DNA from: Octopus sinensis
Taxonomy: Eukaryota
NCBI RefSeq assembly: GCF_006345805.1
Contig: NW_021833026.1
Coordinates: forward strand, 434,001-498,000
Length of the DNA stretch: 64,000 nucleotides
Direction: 5' to 3'
How positions within the stretch are numbered: the first letter of the stretch is position 1; every line of letters starts with the position of its first letter. Below the pieces are notes generated by a model. It was not told the DNA's origin. It ran no database searches and saw nothing but the letters and a program-made list of their open reading frames with translations. The translations under genes were made by a program, and so were the position numbers. Shown here one piece after another: positions 24,650 through 38,269 of the stretch.

Positions 24650-26395
24650 CATCTTCTGGGACCACATTTGCCGACTCACTCATTCTCTGTTTCTTCATAA
24701 CAAGATAATCAGACAGAGATAACTACAATCATACATACAAATAACACCCTCCGACGCTTAGGCTGCTCAAATTGTATCTCAGACTTGATCTGGTCCTCCA
24801 CGGGACTGACGTGTGACCCCACCAAATCTGACTTATCCAGAATCTCCTTCTTCATCGGCGTGATATTTCTAAGATCGGTCTATTCTCATGGAAAAATATT
24901 TTTACAGTTTCTTTACTCGTCGGAATGGTTCCCTCATCAGATATAGTCTCAAAAACGGTGTCAGCAGGCACTTCCGAATCAGTGCTTATATCACTAAAGT
25001 ACATTCCATTCCCCGACAGATCCTGCTTGTCTTGCTTTTTTACGAGGCTTGCCATCATTCGCACAAGAAGGGACAGACTTTTAGCAGCATTAAGATCACT
25101 CTCCAAATCCTTCTCCACATTAGCACATGCTTCTCCCAAAATAAACATTTTCTTGCGAATAAAATTCCTATCGTCTTCCTGCTCACATAATTTGTCCTTT
25201 GCCTTCTTGATAACTCGCGTGGGCTTGGGTTTAAGAGGTTTTAAAGAAGTGGAGACCGCCTTCTTTTGCTTCCTCTTCTTTTGCCCCGTTGACTGTCTGG
25301 CCTTGAATTCTGCCTCCCTTTGGTCCATCTGATCAAAAAACTCAATATAAGCCTGCATCTTCCTATCCTCCCGATTCTATACATTCAAAGAGCAATCACA
25401 ACCATCGGTTTATCCGGCGGACTCCTCTCTCTACTGGCTTCCATAAACACCCTCTTTCTACTCTTCCCGCAGGCACTTTCTCCCTAAACGAGGTCTGTTT
25501 GCATACTTCCCCACAATAAACACAATCCGACCGACCACTAAACATAAACATGTATATTACTCCATCAATGTATAAGGAACTGAGATCTCCTCCCCCATTC
25601 CGATCGTGGAAGTGGCCATCAGATGAGCCACAAGTCCTCCCCCCGTGGAATCAACACGAAACTCGAAATAGAGAACACCCATCACCTTGCAGTTGGCAAC
25701 ACATGACCTGGACACGTAGTAAGTATCCGGCACTTCCACACAGTACGACTTTTTATGTTTGGTTATATAATGAAAAGACGGGGATTCCTCTTTCGGTATC
25801 CCCTTTCCACACTCCAACACACACCCCCTCAGTACTAGCAGGTCCTCCCTTGCCTTCAATTCCCGAGTAGCACACAGCCTCCCTTGTTGCATACATACCA
25901 GTGGCTCCTCATCTGGGGACTCCTCTCTCAACTCCTCTTCTCTCTTGGGGGACATGAAAAGGTCTTCATCCCAGCTTATTTTGGTCTCTTCCAGTACTCT
26001 TTGTCATTATATTACACTTTCTACTTGGATTCTGATTTTGTCTGCTTTTTGGAGTTTCCCGCCGAATTTATTCCACTTTTATGGTCACTCTAAGTCACGT
26101 GGTTATATTAGAAGTACATTTCGCTTAGAATTTCCTCTTCCGGGTTCTTCTACAGCATTAATCAGTAGAAAACAAACTTTTCCGTCCTGTAGAAAGATTG
26201 GAAACACTTCCGGTGGAATCGTCGGTGCACTTTGATGCATTGGAATTCCTTTTGCTGATTCCGCAGAGAAATTTGGCCACATGACAGTCATGGCAGAGAA
26301 TGAAGAGCTCACCCTCGTTGTCAGCAGTTGTTGCCATAACCGAGGGATCCTCCCTTACTTCATTTCGGCAATAAGAACATAATATGCCAGAATAT
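24650..26395 (-). CDS. SETD5/KMT2E(MLL5)/UpSET-like protein: Cys-rich (PHD-like) segment plus non-canonical SET; ends approximate
   Basis: SET core with YVSRSCVANC in place of NHSC.PN, as in the MLL5/SETD5 RRSC motif; GEEISVPY; downstream NREDRKMQAYIEFF resembles the family motif REDRKMEAI; upstream CSYC..LCHDCH. Confidence 0.65.
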
Positions 26396-27539
26396 TTCGA
26401 TTTTACTATATTTTTATCTATTATATAATTATTATATTATTAATCAATTTTGATAATAATTATATACTTTGTGGGGAATTTTCATTTTTGTTACTACCAG
26501 GAGTGTCGTGTGTTGTGACAGAGTGAGACTCCACTGTCCCGTAGTTGTGCTCCTAAATGTTAACCGATCTGAAAAATTACCTGAAAAAATGAATTTTCTG
26601 GTTTGTTTTTTGAAGACATGGATTCAGAGTTAGGGAAGGATTACAGTCAATAGACCGTTGCTAAACAATCATATAAAATACAGTATTGGCATAAGGTAAA
26701 CGACAATACTTAGAGAATGGGGGATTTGTAAGGGAAAGGAGACATGATTATGTTTAAATTGGGGGGATATTGAACAAATCAATTTAATACGGGTTCTGGT
26801 ATAATTAGAATAGAGTGTATCTCGGAATATAGTAATATTAAAAATTAACAAAATTTACCACATCGAACAAACTGTTTTTAAATTAAGATCCGTAATTTAT
26901 TTTTAATTTTTAAATAATTAAATTTTATAAATGATAAAATAAATGTCACTGGAATTTCTACAATTTGATTAAAAATTTTCTGTATTTTATGATATTTATA
27001 CTCAAATCTTGTCGAGGAAATTTGTATAACGACGAAATAAATTTTAACTAAATTTTATTACTGATTTAATCAGAAATAATTTTACATTTTTATTCGAATA
27101 ATTTAGTCGCGTGCGGACAACTTTGATACTAAACTGTTCAAATCAATCGACGGAGCTGTCAAGTGCCTAAATGAGTCGATCTTATTACTTTGACGAAAAT
27201 CTCGACCAGGAGACAAAAATTCTTATGAGAAAAAGGAACTTTCTTAAAAAGGATTTAGTTTCTATTTTGGCGGAAGAAAAGAAATAAAGAACCTCAACGA
27301 TACCATCACCAAGAAACTCAAAGCATCCCAAAGAAGAAGATGGGAAAATAAATCAAAACGCTTGGAAAAGAAAAATCTGCCCAACGCATGTGGAATGCTA
27401 TCAAAAAGTTCAGACCTGTCAACCACTGCACAGACTCAGAACAGAAAAGTCAACCTGAATTGAGTAAACTCATGAAATTCTAAGCCGGAATCAGCCATAA
27501 GAATCATCTAAAAGATAAACTCATATAATGTAAACAATA

Positions 27540-27930
27540 AACAAAAGAAATCAAACACATCCAGGCAGAGAAAGATTGGGCTAATCAAATCGAAAGAAAC
27601 CGTTCCCTGCTCTCGGCACTCTCTACAAACAATTCATCGAACCGACAATTGGCTATGCCTGCGCCGCATGGAGTATTAATCTGTCATTGTCTAACCGCCT
27701 TAAAATTGAGACTACACTATGCCGAGCCGCGGCTAGCATAACGAAAGTTTCCAATTTGAACAGCATTACTACAAGTCTGCTTGACCACCTTATTAAGAAA
27801 GATTATTTTAAACAATTTTCCCCGATTCAATTCCTCACAAAAACTGTTCCCCGCCCGTCCCGCACTTGCGTTGGTCTAAATATTGGAATTATTTTAAGAT
27901 TAGAAATTATATCTGGGGGTCCTCGAATAT
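27540..27930 (+). mobile_element. Non-LTR RT thumb-region relic
   Basis: LGTLYKQFIEPTIGYACAAWS..SNRLKIE resembles the LYK..IRP.L.YA...W motif. Confidence 0.6.
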
Positions 27931-28199
27931 AAGAATAGCAACGTTCTAAAAAATTAAGTAATGGAGAAAATCTATTAAGAAGCATTGAAGAGAATTAAAA
28001 ACTTTAACTGAATTAAAACAAACACGCACTCTCCCTCTATAACTATTACATTGGACTGATTGATATTGAATTCGGAGAGTTTTGGCAGATTGATAAGAAT
28101 GTCCGTTGAATTCTTTTGGACAGTCATATCCACTTGAAACCCGCAAATAAAAAAAGACTTTATCTTTTAAGAAAGAAATTTGGGAGAAGCCAGGAGTCA

Positions 28200-29080
28200 G
28201 TTAGTATTAAGACGGAAAGAATGCTTCTTCTAATTTATGGTGATTTGAAACATAAGCCAACCACTGCCTAAGAAGAGCATGAATTCTGCGGGTCATTAAT
28301 TCAAAGTAAACATATATGGCCACTATCCCAGAATTCTGTCTCGAAAATACAATGAAAATGAATTCACAATATCGGGCCTGATTACAATTCAACGTGATTA
28401 TTTATGGAAAAAAATCGAAAAAAAGTCCTTGCACTCTACTTTGTTCCAATGTCTAAAAAATACTGAAGTTGATGTTAATGAGGCCTGCGGGTAATTCCAT
28501 GAAACAATATCTCCCGGACTGAAGTAAGCCTGCTGCAAGAACGGAACTTGTTCTTCAATAACGAAGAAAATAAATACAGCTACTGCGACTCATCCGAAAA
28601 GACCGTTGATCACCTAGCCACCAAATGTGGGCAAATGCTTATCGGTTCCTATCTTAGATGCCATAACGAAGTGGTCAAATGTTTGCATTTACATCTATAT
28701 TGCCAATATGGAATTAAAAAGTCGAAAAAATTAAAATATATTCAGTTCAATCTGTTAGCACCAATGAATTTGGGGATCACTTCACAGAATTGTCTCAAGC
28801 AGATCGAAGTGGAAAAATTCCACAAATACGACTTGCTAGCAAATGAACTGGTACGATTCACCTGGCGAAGTGAAGATCGTCACTGTCGTCATTTACCTGG
28901 GACGGAATAGTGTCAAAATTCTTCAATTGTTCAAGGCGCTTGACGTGGAGGAAAGGGTGAAGGCATATATCCAGACACTGGTGCTGCAGAAAACCTTAGA
29001 GAGGATACAAGCCGAGACAAGGCATGGTTATCGATGCCTGTTGAGGAGGTAGCCTCTGAATCTAGACTTCGTTTTGACAT
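28200..29080 (+). mobile_element. R4-like non-LTR 3' relic (zinc knuckle plus RLE)
   Basis: TVDHLATKC..YLRCHNEVVKCLH, GITSQNCLKQIEVEKFHKYDLLANEL and AYIQTLVLQKTLE. Confidence 0.82.
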
Positions 29081-29431
29081 GAATCTGCCCATCCCTGCAC
29101 TGACCGTGGACCCTAGAAGGTGAGGTTGATGCAACAAAATACTATAATTACGGAAACGGAAACTGAATAGCTATTAATTTTCTTACTCTTGGAATTTTTT
29201 TTGTTTTAATCAAGTTTTAATAAAAAAAATCTAGCTATTAAGTACCGGAACGCAGGATTGAGAGACAATTCCGTTTTTGAATTATTTTAAGATTAGAAAT
29301 TATCTTTTGATAATTTATTATTATGTTATTTAATAACATTTTGTTATTTTAATTTATAATAAAATTTATGCACCCTTGCTGTTTTTTTATATCGCTGTTG
29401 TATGTATTCTTTAAATAACTGATACCAAGAC

Positions 29432-30965
29432 ATGGCATATAATAATAACCACAATTCCACCAACAAAAAACTAAGCAATAAGCAGCATTCTTCAGATTGT
29501 CAGTCTTATTGCTCCTCTTCTTCCCCAGACCCAGAAAGTGAATCACCAGAGAGAAAACACGCCACAAGGTAAACCACAACCTGATAATCCCTTCAGATCG
29601 ACTTCTCGCGGCCATTCGTCTACTTCCATCAGAAATTCCGAAGCAGTGAGGAACGGGACATTGTGGATGAGGGAGGATTCGGAGGATCATTTGATCTGCT
29701 CTACAAACGACGTGATCATCAATCGGTGTGAGTGTCTCTCTCTTATGGACTCAATAATATCGACACTCAACGAAGGTGATTAGATAAAGTGGCCGATGTC
29801 TTGGGAGTCGGGACGTTCGGGAAGGTCTTCCATGTGAAAGACCTGGATTGGTTTATTTCAGTTTAATATTTCAGCCAAGACCGTCCCCTCGCCCTCAAGG
29901 TCGTCCGTGCCGTCGAAAAATACTCGTCCGCCGCCCAACAGGAGATCAGAGTCCTCGAATATATCCGAAAGAAGGATCCTTTCTCCCACCAGTACTTCTG
30001 TCCATTAATTGGCAGTCGCTGTGTGGAGATTGAGGATTCTTTCACATTCAAAGAACATGTTTGCATAGCCTTTCCAGCCTATGGACTGAGCGTGTTTGAA
30101 TTCCTGGTTTACTTGGGTTGTTTATTTGTGAGAAATTAAACAACTACATTCCTTACCCTACCATTCAAATTCAGGCCATTTCTTACCAGTTGTGTGATGC
30201 TGTGTCCTGTTTGTGTTGGTCTTGTATTTGTGTAGTCCTCCACAGTAACGGGATGACCCACACGGACTTGAAACCAGAAAATATTCTGTTCGTCAGTTCT
30301 GCATATGAACGATTGGAGAAGGCAGACTGATTGTCACATTTGTAGAATGTATTGAGAGTTCGGAGTTGTGCTGTGAAACTGATTGACTTTGGGTCGGCAG
30401 TGTTTGACGGGGATCACCATTCGAGGATTGTCTGTACTCGTCATTACAGACCCCTCGAAGTGGTTCTGGGTTGTTTGGTGTGTTGAGTTGTGAGAAATGC
30501 CGTGGGGTAAGTTGGCTGATGTGTGGAGTGTGGGGTGCATAATGTTTGAGTTATACACTGGACATACATTGTTCCAGACACACAGCAATAGAGAACATTT
30601 GGCAATGATGGAAAGAATACTCGGCCGACTCCCGCACAGAATTATACGAAAGACGAGGTAGATGTGTTCAGGATTTGGCAGAAAGTCGAAATATTTCTAT
30701 CATGGAGAACTCGATTGGGATCGACATTCTCACCGTGGTCGATATGTTCGAAAGAATTGTTTTCCACTTTATGTCTGCTTATTTGTTATATTAATAGGAC
30801 TACCAACGGAAAAGGTCGGTGATTCATGATAATTTGTTTAACTTGATTGACAAGATGCTTGAGTATTACGAGTCTAGAAGGATCCGAATATCTGTTTCTC
30901 TCAAACACCCTTTCTTTGATGACATTGAAAACATTTTACGTTCTACAAATTCAATTTGCGACTAG
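29432..30965 (+). CDS. CLK: CLK/LAMMER dual-specificity kinase
   Basis: Spliced motifs [51 protein letters not shown] and the diagnostic [11 protein letters not shown]. Confidence 0.95.
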
Positions 30966-31325
30966 TTTATATTTGTCTTGATTGGTTTTATATATCTTAT
31001 GAAAATTTAACTTTTGTTGTTAGAGATTTTAGCATTGTCTTTAGAATTCGATTTAAACTTAAGAATCCCTACTTATTACCTTTAAGTACAATTTTAATAA
31101 TGACGGAGGTTGATTTCGTGTTTTATGTAGTTAAGTGTTAACCAAAATTTGTGAACCTAAAAGGTGAATAATATCCTTTGATGTATCATAAACCCGAGTT
31201 TTTATGAATAAAAGTTTAATGATAATACTTTGACATAAAAATGAATTCAGGACAGCAATCTGGATCGACCGTGGCTGATCTTTGTGAAAAGAGCTCACCT
31301 TTTCGAATTACTGTCCTGCAAGAGC

Positions 31326-31697
31326 TTATGTTACCGAATTGTAGAGGAGTATGGATTTCACCAGTGTCTTACTACGACGAACTCTCGTCCACGTATCAAA
31401 TCTTCTACGAACAAGCCATGTCTTTATCAGTTTGTAAAGTGCGGCGTAAATAAGTGTCTTGGTTTTTGTAATATCCTCCGTGTCCTCGAGAAGAAAGCTT
31501 AATTTCGTAGTTCTGAAGCAAAATTCTGCGGTCCTATTTTTTCTTCTAATCAGTTCTGTGATTTCAGTTTTTTGGTAGTTCCGAGGAAGATTCTTCAAGT
31601 AAAATGGGGGCTGTTTGGTTACATTTTCAGGCGGATATGGATGCCCCGCGTTACAAAATTTTAAAATTAAAAATTGGAAAGTTAAAAAAATTTTCAT
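31326..31697 (-). CDS. Orphan small protein with a signal-peptide-like N-terminus; 3' end uncertain
   Basis: 123-aa ORF starting MKIFLTFQFLILKFCNA; no recognised domain. Confidence 0.4.
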   Translation of the reverse strand: MKIFLTFQFLILKFCNAGHPYPPENVTKQPPFYLKNLPRNYQKTEITELIRRKNRTAEFCFRTTKLSFLLEDTEDITKTKTLIYAALYKLIKTWLVRRRFDTWTRVRRSKTLVKSILLYNSVT

Positions 31698-31760
31698 TTA
31701 TAGAAGATTGGTTTTTAAGATAAATTTGTAATAAGCGGCATAAATTTACAGTTTAAAAAT

Positions 31761-33335
31761 TCATAAATATGGAAAGACTATTTTCTCGGATAAATTACAG
31801 GGTTCATTTTGACGTTTTAGCAGTCTCTTTTTGCTGTTGGAACTTTTTTTACGTAACCATTTGTGTTTAAGAGCCTCCTCGGAGTTCATTCTTTTATTAG
31901 GATTCCACCTATTTAAAATAATGGAGAAAAACTAACTCGAGACACCGCGAGACAAAATTTATAAATATTTGATCATCAGTATTGAGAATATGACTCAACC
32001 TTTTCGAACCAGCCTTCTTGTTATATTTTCTGCTAAAAATACGTATTTTGCCAAGATTGTCTAATTAAAAATTTGTCAGAATTATTTAAAAAACCGAAAT
32101 AGGAGTTCCACTTAATGGATTTGTCTTGTATTTCCACAGGAGGGTTGTCCAAAACTTCAATCATGCAAAGAATTTGCTCGTTTTCATTTTCTCCTGGGAA
32201 AAGTGGCCTCCCTGTATGCAGTTCAACGATTATGCATCCCAAGCTCCACATATCTATCGCTGAAGAATATGGAATTCCCAAAATTATTTCTGGAGCACGA
32301 TAAAACCGAGATTGAATATATGTATATACTATGAATTCACTAACTTAAATACTTTTATTTTCAGTAAAACAACTTGATCCAAAGTCTGTAACTTTGCATG
32401 TGTTTGCAGTCTTTGGTTTCAAGAGAATGTTTTCCTAAATGTACTTTTTCGGGAATTTGAACCGGTTTTAGATCACAATGTATAATACTTTCTTTGTGAA
32501 TAAATTTAAGACATTTTAAAATTCCGACAGCAATTCTTTTTATTTCTAGCATTGAAAAACCACGAAAATTGTTTTTGACGAGTGCATCGTAAAGACTTTC
32601 CCTATTAAAAGAAAAATTAAAGAATAAATTAACTGACCTCATTAATTCGAAACAAATACAAGTATGCTTTCTAAAGTAGAAATACTCAAACATCCGCACT
32701 GTGTGACTGACATCGTTGTAATCTCTTTCTTTGATATACTCTAGCATCTCAACCTCTATCAAAGATTGCTTTTTATATCTAAAATGTTTGTCATTTGTAA
32801 CTTTTTTTTGTTGCGAAGAACTTTGATGGCCACCAGTCGGTCCGTTTTGTGGTCGTAGCATTTAAAAACTTGTCCAAAAGTACCTTTTCCAATCTCGTCT
32901 ATTATTTCATATCGATATGCAAGATGGTCTTTTTCGCTCTATAAATAATTTTGAACAATTTTTTCCTTTATGTAAAATCCTTGGTTGTCGTCGAACAATT
33001 CATTTTCATATTGAAAAGGTTTAAATTTTTTGGAATTTAATCCAAAATACCAAATTTCCCTAAATCCAAGGATTTCATTTTTTTCGTACATCGGAACATA
33101 CTCTTTGAAATATTTTAAACATTCTGTAAAGTCAACTAATTACACTTTCACCAAAAGGAGTGAGAGGATAAACCACATTTTTTAGTTCTTTGTTTCTTGA
33201 AGATTCATGTGCGGTTGTTAAACCATTATTTTGCATTTGAAATTCAGTTAATCTACTCTTTTCGTTATTTGGAGGAATTTTAGTTTTCATTCTATGGATA
33301 ATTTGTCTTTGATATTTCACAGAAAAGTCCGACAT
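31761..33335 (-). CDS. Class 2 DYRK kinase (DYRK2/3/4-like)
   Basis: DH box [35 protein letters not shown], activation loop [22 protein letters not shown] and PLFPGENE. Confidence 0.93.
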
Positions 33336-33779
33336 TTTTCAAATCAACGGCCTTTTTGACTAAATTAACAAAAAACAATAATAAAAAGAAACAATTGTTA
33401 CCAGAATTTTGCGTTTATCATTAAATATCGATTCAAAAAGGGTAAATAAAGTCCCAATAATCTTTCTATTCATTTTGAACTACTTCTATTCAGTCAAAAG
33501 CTTTAGTTTAAGCATCGATCAAATTTATTGATTAAAGAATAATTCAATAATGCTAAATTAAAAAATATTTTTCTTTTTTAGTTATTGATTGATAATAAAC
33601 AATTACTTTAATAGTGTTTGAAAGGATGACCCATTATAGTTTATGACCAACTTTAGCCTGTCCTTCAATTTTTACCCACCGATAGTCAGAGTGTCCATGA
33701 TGTGTCAATAAATATTTTTCAGTAGTAGTTATTAGTTTCTAATAAAATTTTGTAATTAGGTAAAAATGTCATGCCTAGT

Positions 33780-34480
33780 GTTAATAGTGGCATAGTCGAG
33801 ATTGATTGCAGCCCTTAATAACTTTTGATCCCAAATGGCAATTAAATACCTCACATATTAGTATTATTATTAACCTAATCCGTTGGCTAAAGAGTATGCT
33901 TGGGATGAAGTAACGCCGTTATGAATTCGACTCTAAAGGAGGCTACTTTTGAACTGGGTCAATCTCATTAACGTTCATCACCCGTGAAACGGCGAGTCCT
34001 TCTGGCACGACACAGTTGTTAAAAGGAGAACTTCCTACTTTCCCTGATTTACATTACCAATGAAAACTCTTCATTATTCAAAAATTTTCCGAAAAACAAA
34101 TGAAGTTTAGTCAGCGACGGTAGGAGGCTTACAGCAATGGGAACTGGATCCCTGCCATTTCCCCACTTTTCTTTGAATACGGAAACTCTAATGAAGATTT
34201 GGAGAACTTCTTCCCACTGTTCCTGCATTCGATTTGCTGGTTATGACTTATTTGTGCTTGAGTTCCCACTATGATGTGTAACTTGGGAGTTATAAAAAGA
34301 AAAAAATTATTAACATTTCTCTGTAATTATTCACTGAGAGAGTTAATTCTCTCAATCTTGGAAGAGGAAATGGCGAACCTCAAAGCGGTGCAGGTTTATT
34401 CTACAGTTGGAGGGATTTCTTGGTCGCATATTTTCATAATAAAGTCTGTGAGTGGAAACGGCTCTTTCTAAAATTGTGTT
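33780..34480 (-). mobile_element. Highly decayed non-LTR RT relic (tentative)
   Basis: RVSVFKEKWGNGRDPVPIAVSLLPSLTK resembles the V.P..K.KG...DP..YRPI.L motif; many stops. Confidence 0.35.
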
Positions 34481-36116
34481 CAAAACAATCCACTTGCAAA
34501 TGTTTCTGATTAGTATAGTCAAACCTCTAAATCTCGTCTAATTTATAAACCAGAAACATAGGGGCGCAATCCAGTTAGAATGAAGATGTGAAATTTCTTC
34601 TTTCCCATTTTTTCCTATCTTATATTCTTTAAAAAATCAACTGCAATCCCAAAATACAAACTAAATTAATTACCAGTGTGCATTCTTATTACTTTAATTT
34701 TACTATCAAACCTCTATTGCTGTTACATCTATTGCTCTCCAGATTTTTTCAAAAAATTGAAAATTTCCAAGAAATCTCTGTTGTTCGCCAAATTTTAAAT
34801 CTCCACATATTGTTCATTAATAAAAAAAAATTTTCACAAAATTTTCCCATAGCAAAAAATGCTAAAGAACCAGTTTACTTTTTTATATTTTAGATTTTCT
34901 TTGTTGCTGTATCAAATATGACTGAAAAGATTAAAAAATTTATTAATAATTGGAAAATTTAAGAATCTTAGCTTTAAGAATTTTAATTGCGAAAAATATA
35001 TTAATTATAGACATTCTAAAAGCTCTTGGATGACTAGCAAAATTTTTAACGAGTAGCTACTCTCATGGGATCATGATCTTCAAATAAAAAAACAAAAATT
35101 CTGCTTGTTGTGGCTAAATATCCTTCACATAAAATGTATTCGAATTTAAGGTCAAATCAACCTGTTTATAGTTATTCAGAACCAATAACCAGATAATTAA
35201 ATACATATAAGAAAAAAAAATTTTAATGATTATTTTCATTAATTTTTTAGAACAATTTGAGAATTTCTTAACTTTTTTACAATTTTAAATTTCAATTTTT
35301 AGTAAAAAACCAGAAGTGTAAAACCTCTAATGCCTGCCAAATTCTAAATCTCGCAGAGATCTGGTTTGTTCCAAAAATGGGGAGTAAACAAATTACAATA
35401 TAAAAGATGATTGGAACAATTTTGAATAAATAAATTTTATAGTAAGGAAAACCGGAAAAAGTAACATTATGCGGACGGAAAGTATACGAGACGATTGCTT
35501 AGGAAATCGAAACTCTTCAGCGATGCATCTGGCTTAATATTTTTAAAATATATAGCTACAATTAAATCAAAGATCGCAAAAGAATGATTGGATTCGTGTT
35601 GTTGACCGAGAGAAAACTTCGTTTGAGAGCACCCCTAAAATATATTGTATAAAGAAAATATCATTCTTTGTCAATGTCAATTTTTTTATATAATATTTGA
35701 AATATTATTATTTTTGACCTCGCTCTGCTAAATCTATATCTCGAAAGGATCCTCCATCCACGCTTCCAAAGCACATCAATTTCAAACGCATACGACAAAC
35801 AGAATATTCCTGAAGAATGATGTTACTTTTTACTCTTTTCCATCTCTCTTTAGAAAAAATTTTACTTGGAATCTCAGCAAAAGTCCAGGAAAGCGGCGCT
35901 TCAAAAACTAACAAAACTTTGACTAACTACAAGTGTTCATTAGAATCAATCAATCCTAAAATAAATATTTAAAATATCATTACCACGAAAACTTTTAGTG
36001 AAATCACAGTGATATAAAAACTTAATTAATCTAAAATTGTTAACTAAAAAATCCAAATGTGTGATGCTTATTTAGATCGATTAAATAGAAGTAAACGCTT
36101 TATTAGATAACAATAT

Positions 36117-36311
36117 TTAATCAGTAGAATTCTGATCAATGTTTACTTGAAGTGGGACAACTAGAATATAAATATGAAAATTACCTGGAGAGATATTTCG
36201 AAATACTCTAATCAACGTCAGTGTCCCCAACCCAATTGTGGCTCCAATGAGAGTCGTGACGGAAACTTTGTGGCACGTGTCGTAAAATCGTACTTTTGAA
36301 AATTTCAACAT
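36117..36311 (-). CDS. COX14: COX14-like cytochrome c oxidase assembly factor
   Basis: RFYDTCHKVSVTTLIGATIGLG aligns with remembered yeast Cox14 RVTDTIHRLTVLTLVGGTL; single TM; likely 24-nt in-frame intron near the 3' end. Confidence 0.62.
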   Translation of the reverse strand: MLKFSKVRFYDTCHKVSVTTLIGATIGLGTLTLIRVFRNISPGNFHIYILVVPLQVNIDQNSTD

Positions 36312-36845
36312 TTAAATAACCGTCAAACTAGAACAAGAACACACGATAAATAATTAGTAGGAATTATTATTTTAAATATAAAAAAATCAAAATAATTAAA
36401 CCCTTAAATGTATATGTATGAAAATGCACATTCTCGAAAAATGGTGAATTTGATTTGTGTCTTGAAAGTACCAATGAAAGCTTTTAAATACAATTAATAA
36501 AGAATTTCAAAGAATCCACGTGAAAATATTGGAAGTTATACATTTGACCATTTTCCTTCATTATCAGAGGAGTGTTTAAACACTTAAGTGTTACTGTTTC
36601 GAGAACACTTTTAATAGGCGTGTATTCAATTAAATAGTAGAAATAATCTTAGAACCGCAACTTCTAAATAAAAATCATTAAAAAAAGATATAAAAATACC
36701 ACTTCCTTAAATCTCCTCTTTATAGGAGAGGATTTTAAATTAGATCATTAATTTTTATTCTCATAAATCTATAAAATACGCATTTAAGCCTGTCTACAGT
36801 ACAAAAAAAACATTTAAATACTGGTGCATTATAAACATAACAAAA

Positions 36846-38065
36846 TTAGCTACGATTATGAGTTATTGGCAGTTTGAAAGACACACTGAGCCCCTTCCCC
36901 GGAGCAGCACAAATAGCTGACCTGTTGAGAGCATTTATAGCATTAAAGGCTTCATTCATCTTCACAAAATTAACAAATCCGATAGCACTCGAATGCCCAT
37001 TTTTCATGTTAGCTGGCAACACGTTGACGTGCGTGATTGCTCCAAAGGGGGCAAAAAGCTCAAAAAGTTGCAGAATAGTCGAATCAGCGGCCAAATTCGA
37101 AACATAAACACAAGCCGAAGAATAAACAGGAGGACTTGGCGCACCAGAACTCGGCTCGCCAATTTGATTGAATCGGTAGGGAGGAACTGGCTGCTGATAT
37201 TGAGGGGGCATGACATGCATAGACGGCGGATATGGAGCCCGGAATGGATAGGACGAAGAACCAGGAGGAGGTTGAAGCATGGGAGGTGGTTGACTGATAT
37301 TCTGTGAGGGATAATGATGTCCGTACATAATCGGGTTAAACGTCACAGGACGAGGAGCGGGGGGTCGAGCATATTTCACAATCAAGGGCTTGTCATCCTG
37401 TCCTGCCATGGGTCGTCCATTGAGAGCATTTATTGCATTCTCTGCACAAGGACGGGAGGAAAATCTGACCATTCCACTACATTTGGACTGCCCATTCGCA
37501 TCCGAAAGTATTTTAAGAGACATTATATCTCCATATGGGGCAAATAAAGACCTCAGTTGCTCCTCCCCCCAAAGAGGACACAAATTCTGAATATATAAAT
37601 TGACGGGCTGAGACTCATTGTTGACTTCCCGAGCGAAGGCAACCTAAAAATGACATTGACTGTACTCGAATTGTTTTATTGTCAATTTTTTCTCCATTTA
37701 AGGCATCGATGGCAGTCTGAGCGTCTTCTGTGGTCTTGTAATTGACGAAGCCATAACTGAGAGACCGACCTGTCATTTTATCGGTCATTAGACGACAACT
37801 GTGCAACTAAATGATAAAAAATAGGCATAGAAACTGGACAGACGCGGTTGAACATGTCTTTTAATTCATCTTCTGTCATTTGGGCGGGAAGGTAGTTCAC
37901 GATGAGTCCTACGAGTTGGTCGAAGGGCGAGTTATTTGCTAAATGTCAATGTTTTGTCTCAATACTTGGTTTGTCAGTTTCGGTTGAATTTTTGTTGTCA
38001 GTAATACTAAATATTGAATTTTATTAAAAGGAACTTTGTAACAAATCTAGGATCAATTCCCTCAT
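36846..38065 (-). CDS. ELAV: ELAV/Hu-like RNA-binding protein (three RRMs); start tentative
   Basis: LIVNYLPAQMTEDEL, DKMTGRSLSYGFVNY..AIDALNG, second RRM NLYIQNL..GMVRF, Pro-rich hinge and third RRM CVYVSNL..LFAPFGA..GFVNF. Confidence 0.88.
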
Positions 38066-38269
38066 AAAATGACTCTAAAAATAGTTTTTGATAGAAATAA
38101 AAACTGTATTAATATATAAAACATTAAATGATAGTAAATATGAGAAATATAATAAACATACCCACAGGATCCATGCTGAACACAAAATATTTTATTTAAA
38201 AATAGATTTTACCAAATATTATTAAAAGGAAGAAAATTTAATTTTAGCTAGACTATTTAATTTAGATTC

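Noticed and set aside
34513-35360. TATAGTCAAACCTC and GTAAAACCTC motifs resembling Tigger TIR starts
   Set aside because: No matching inverted partner or transposase was found, so the evidence is too weak to call an element.
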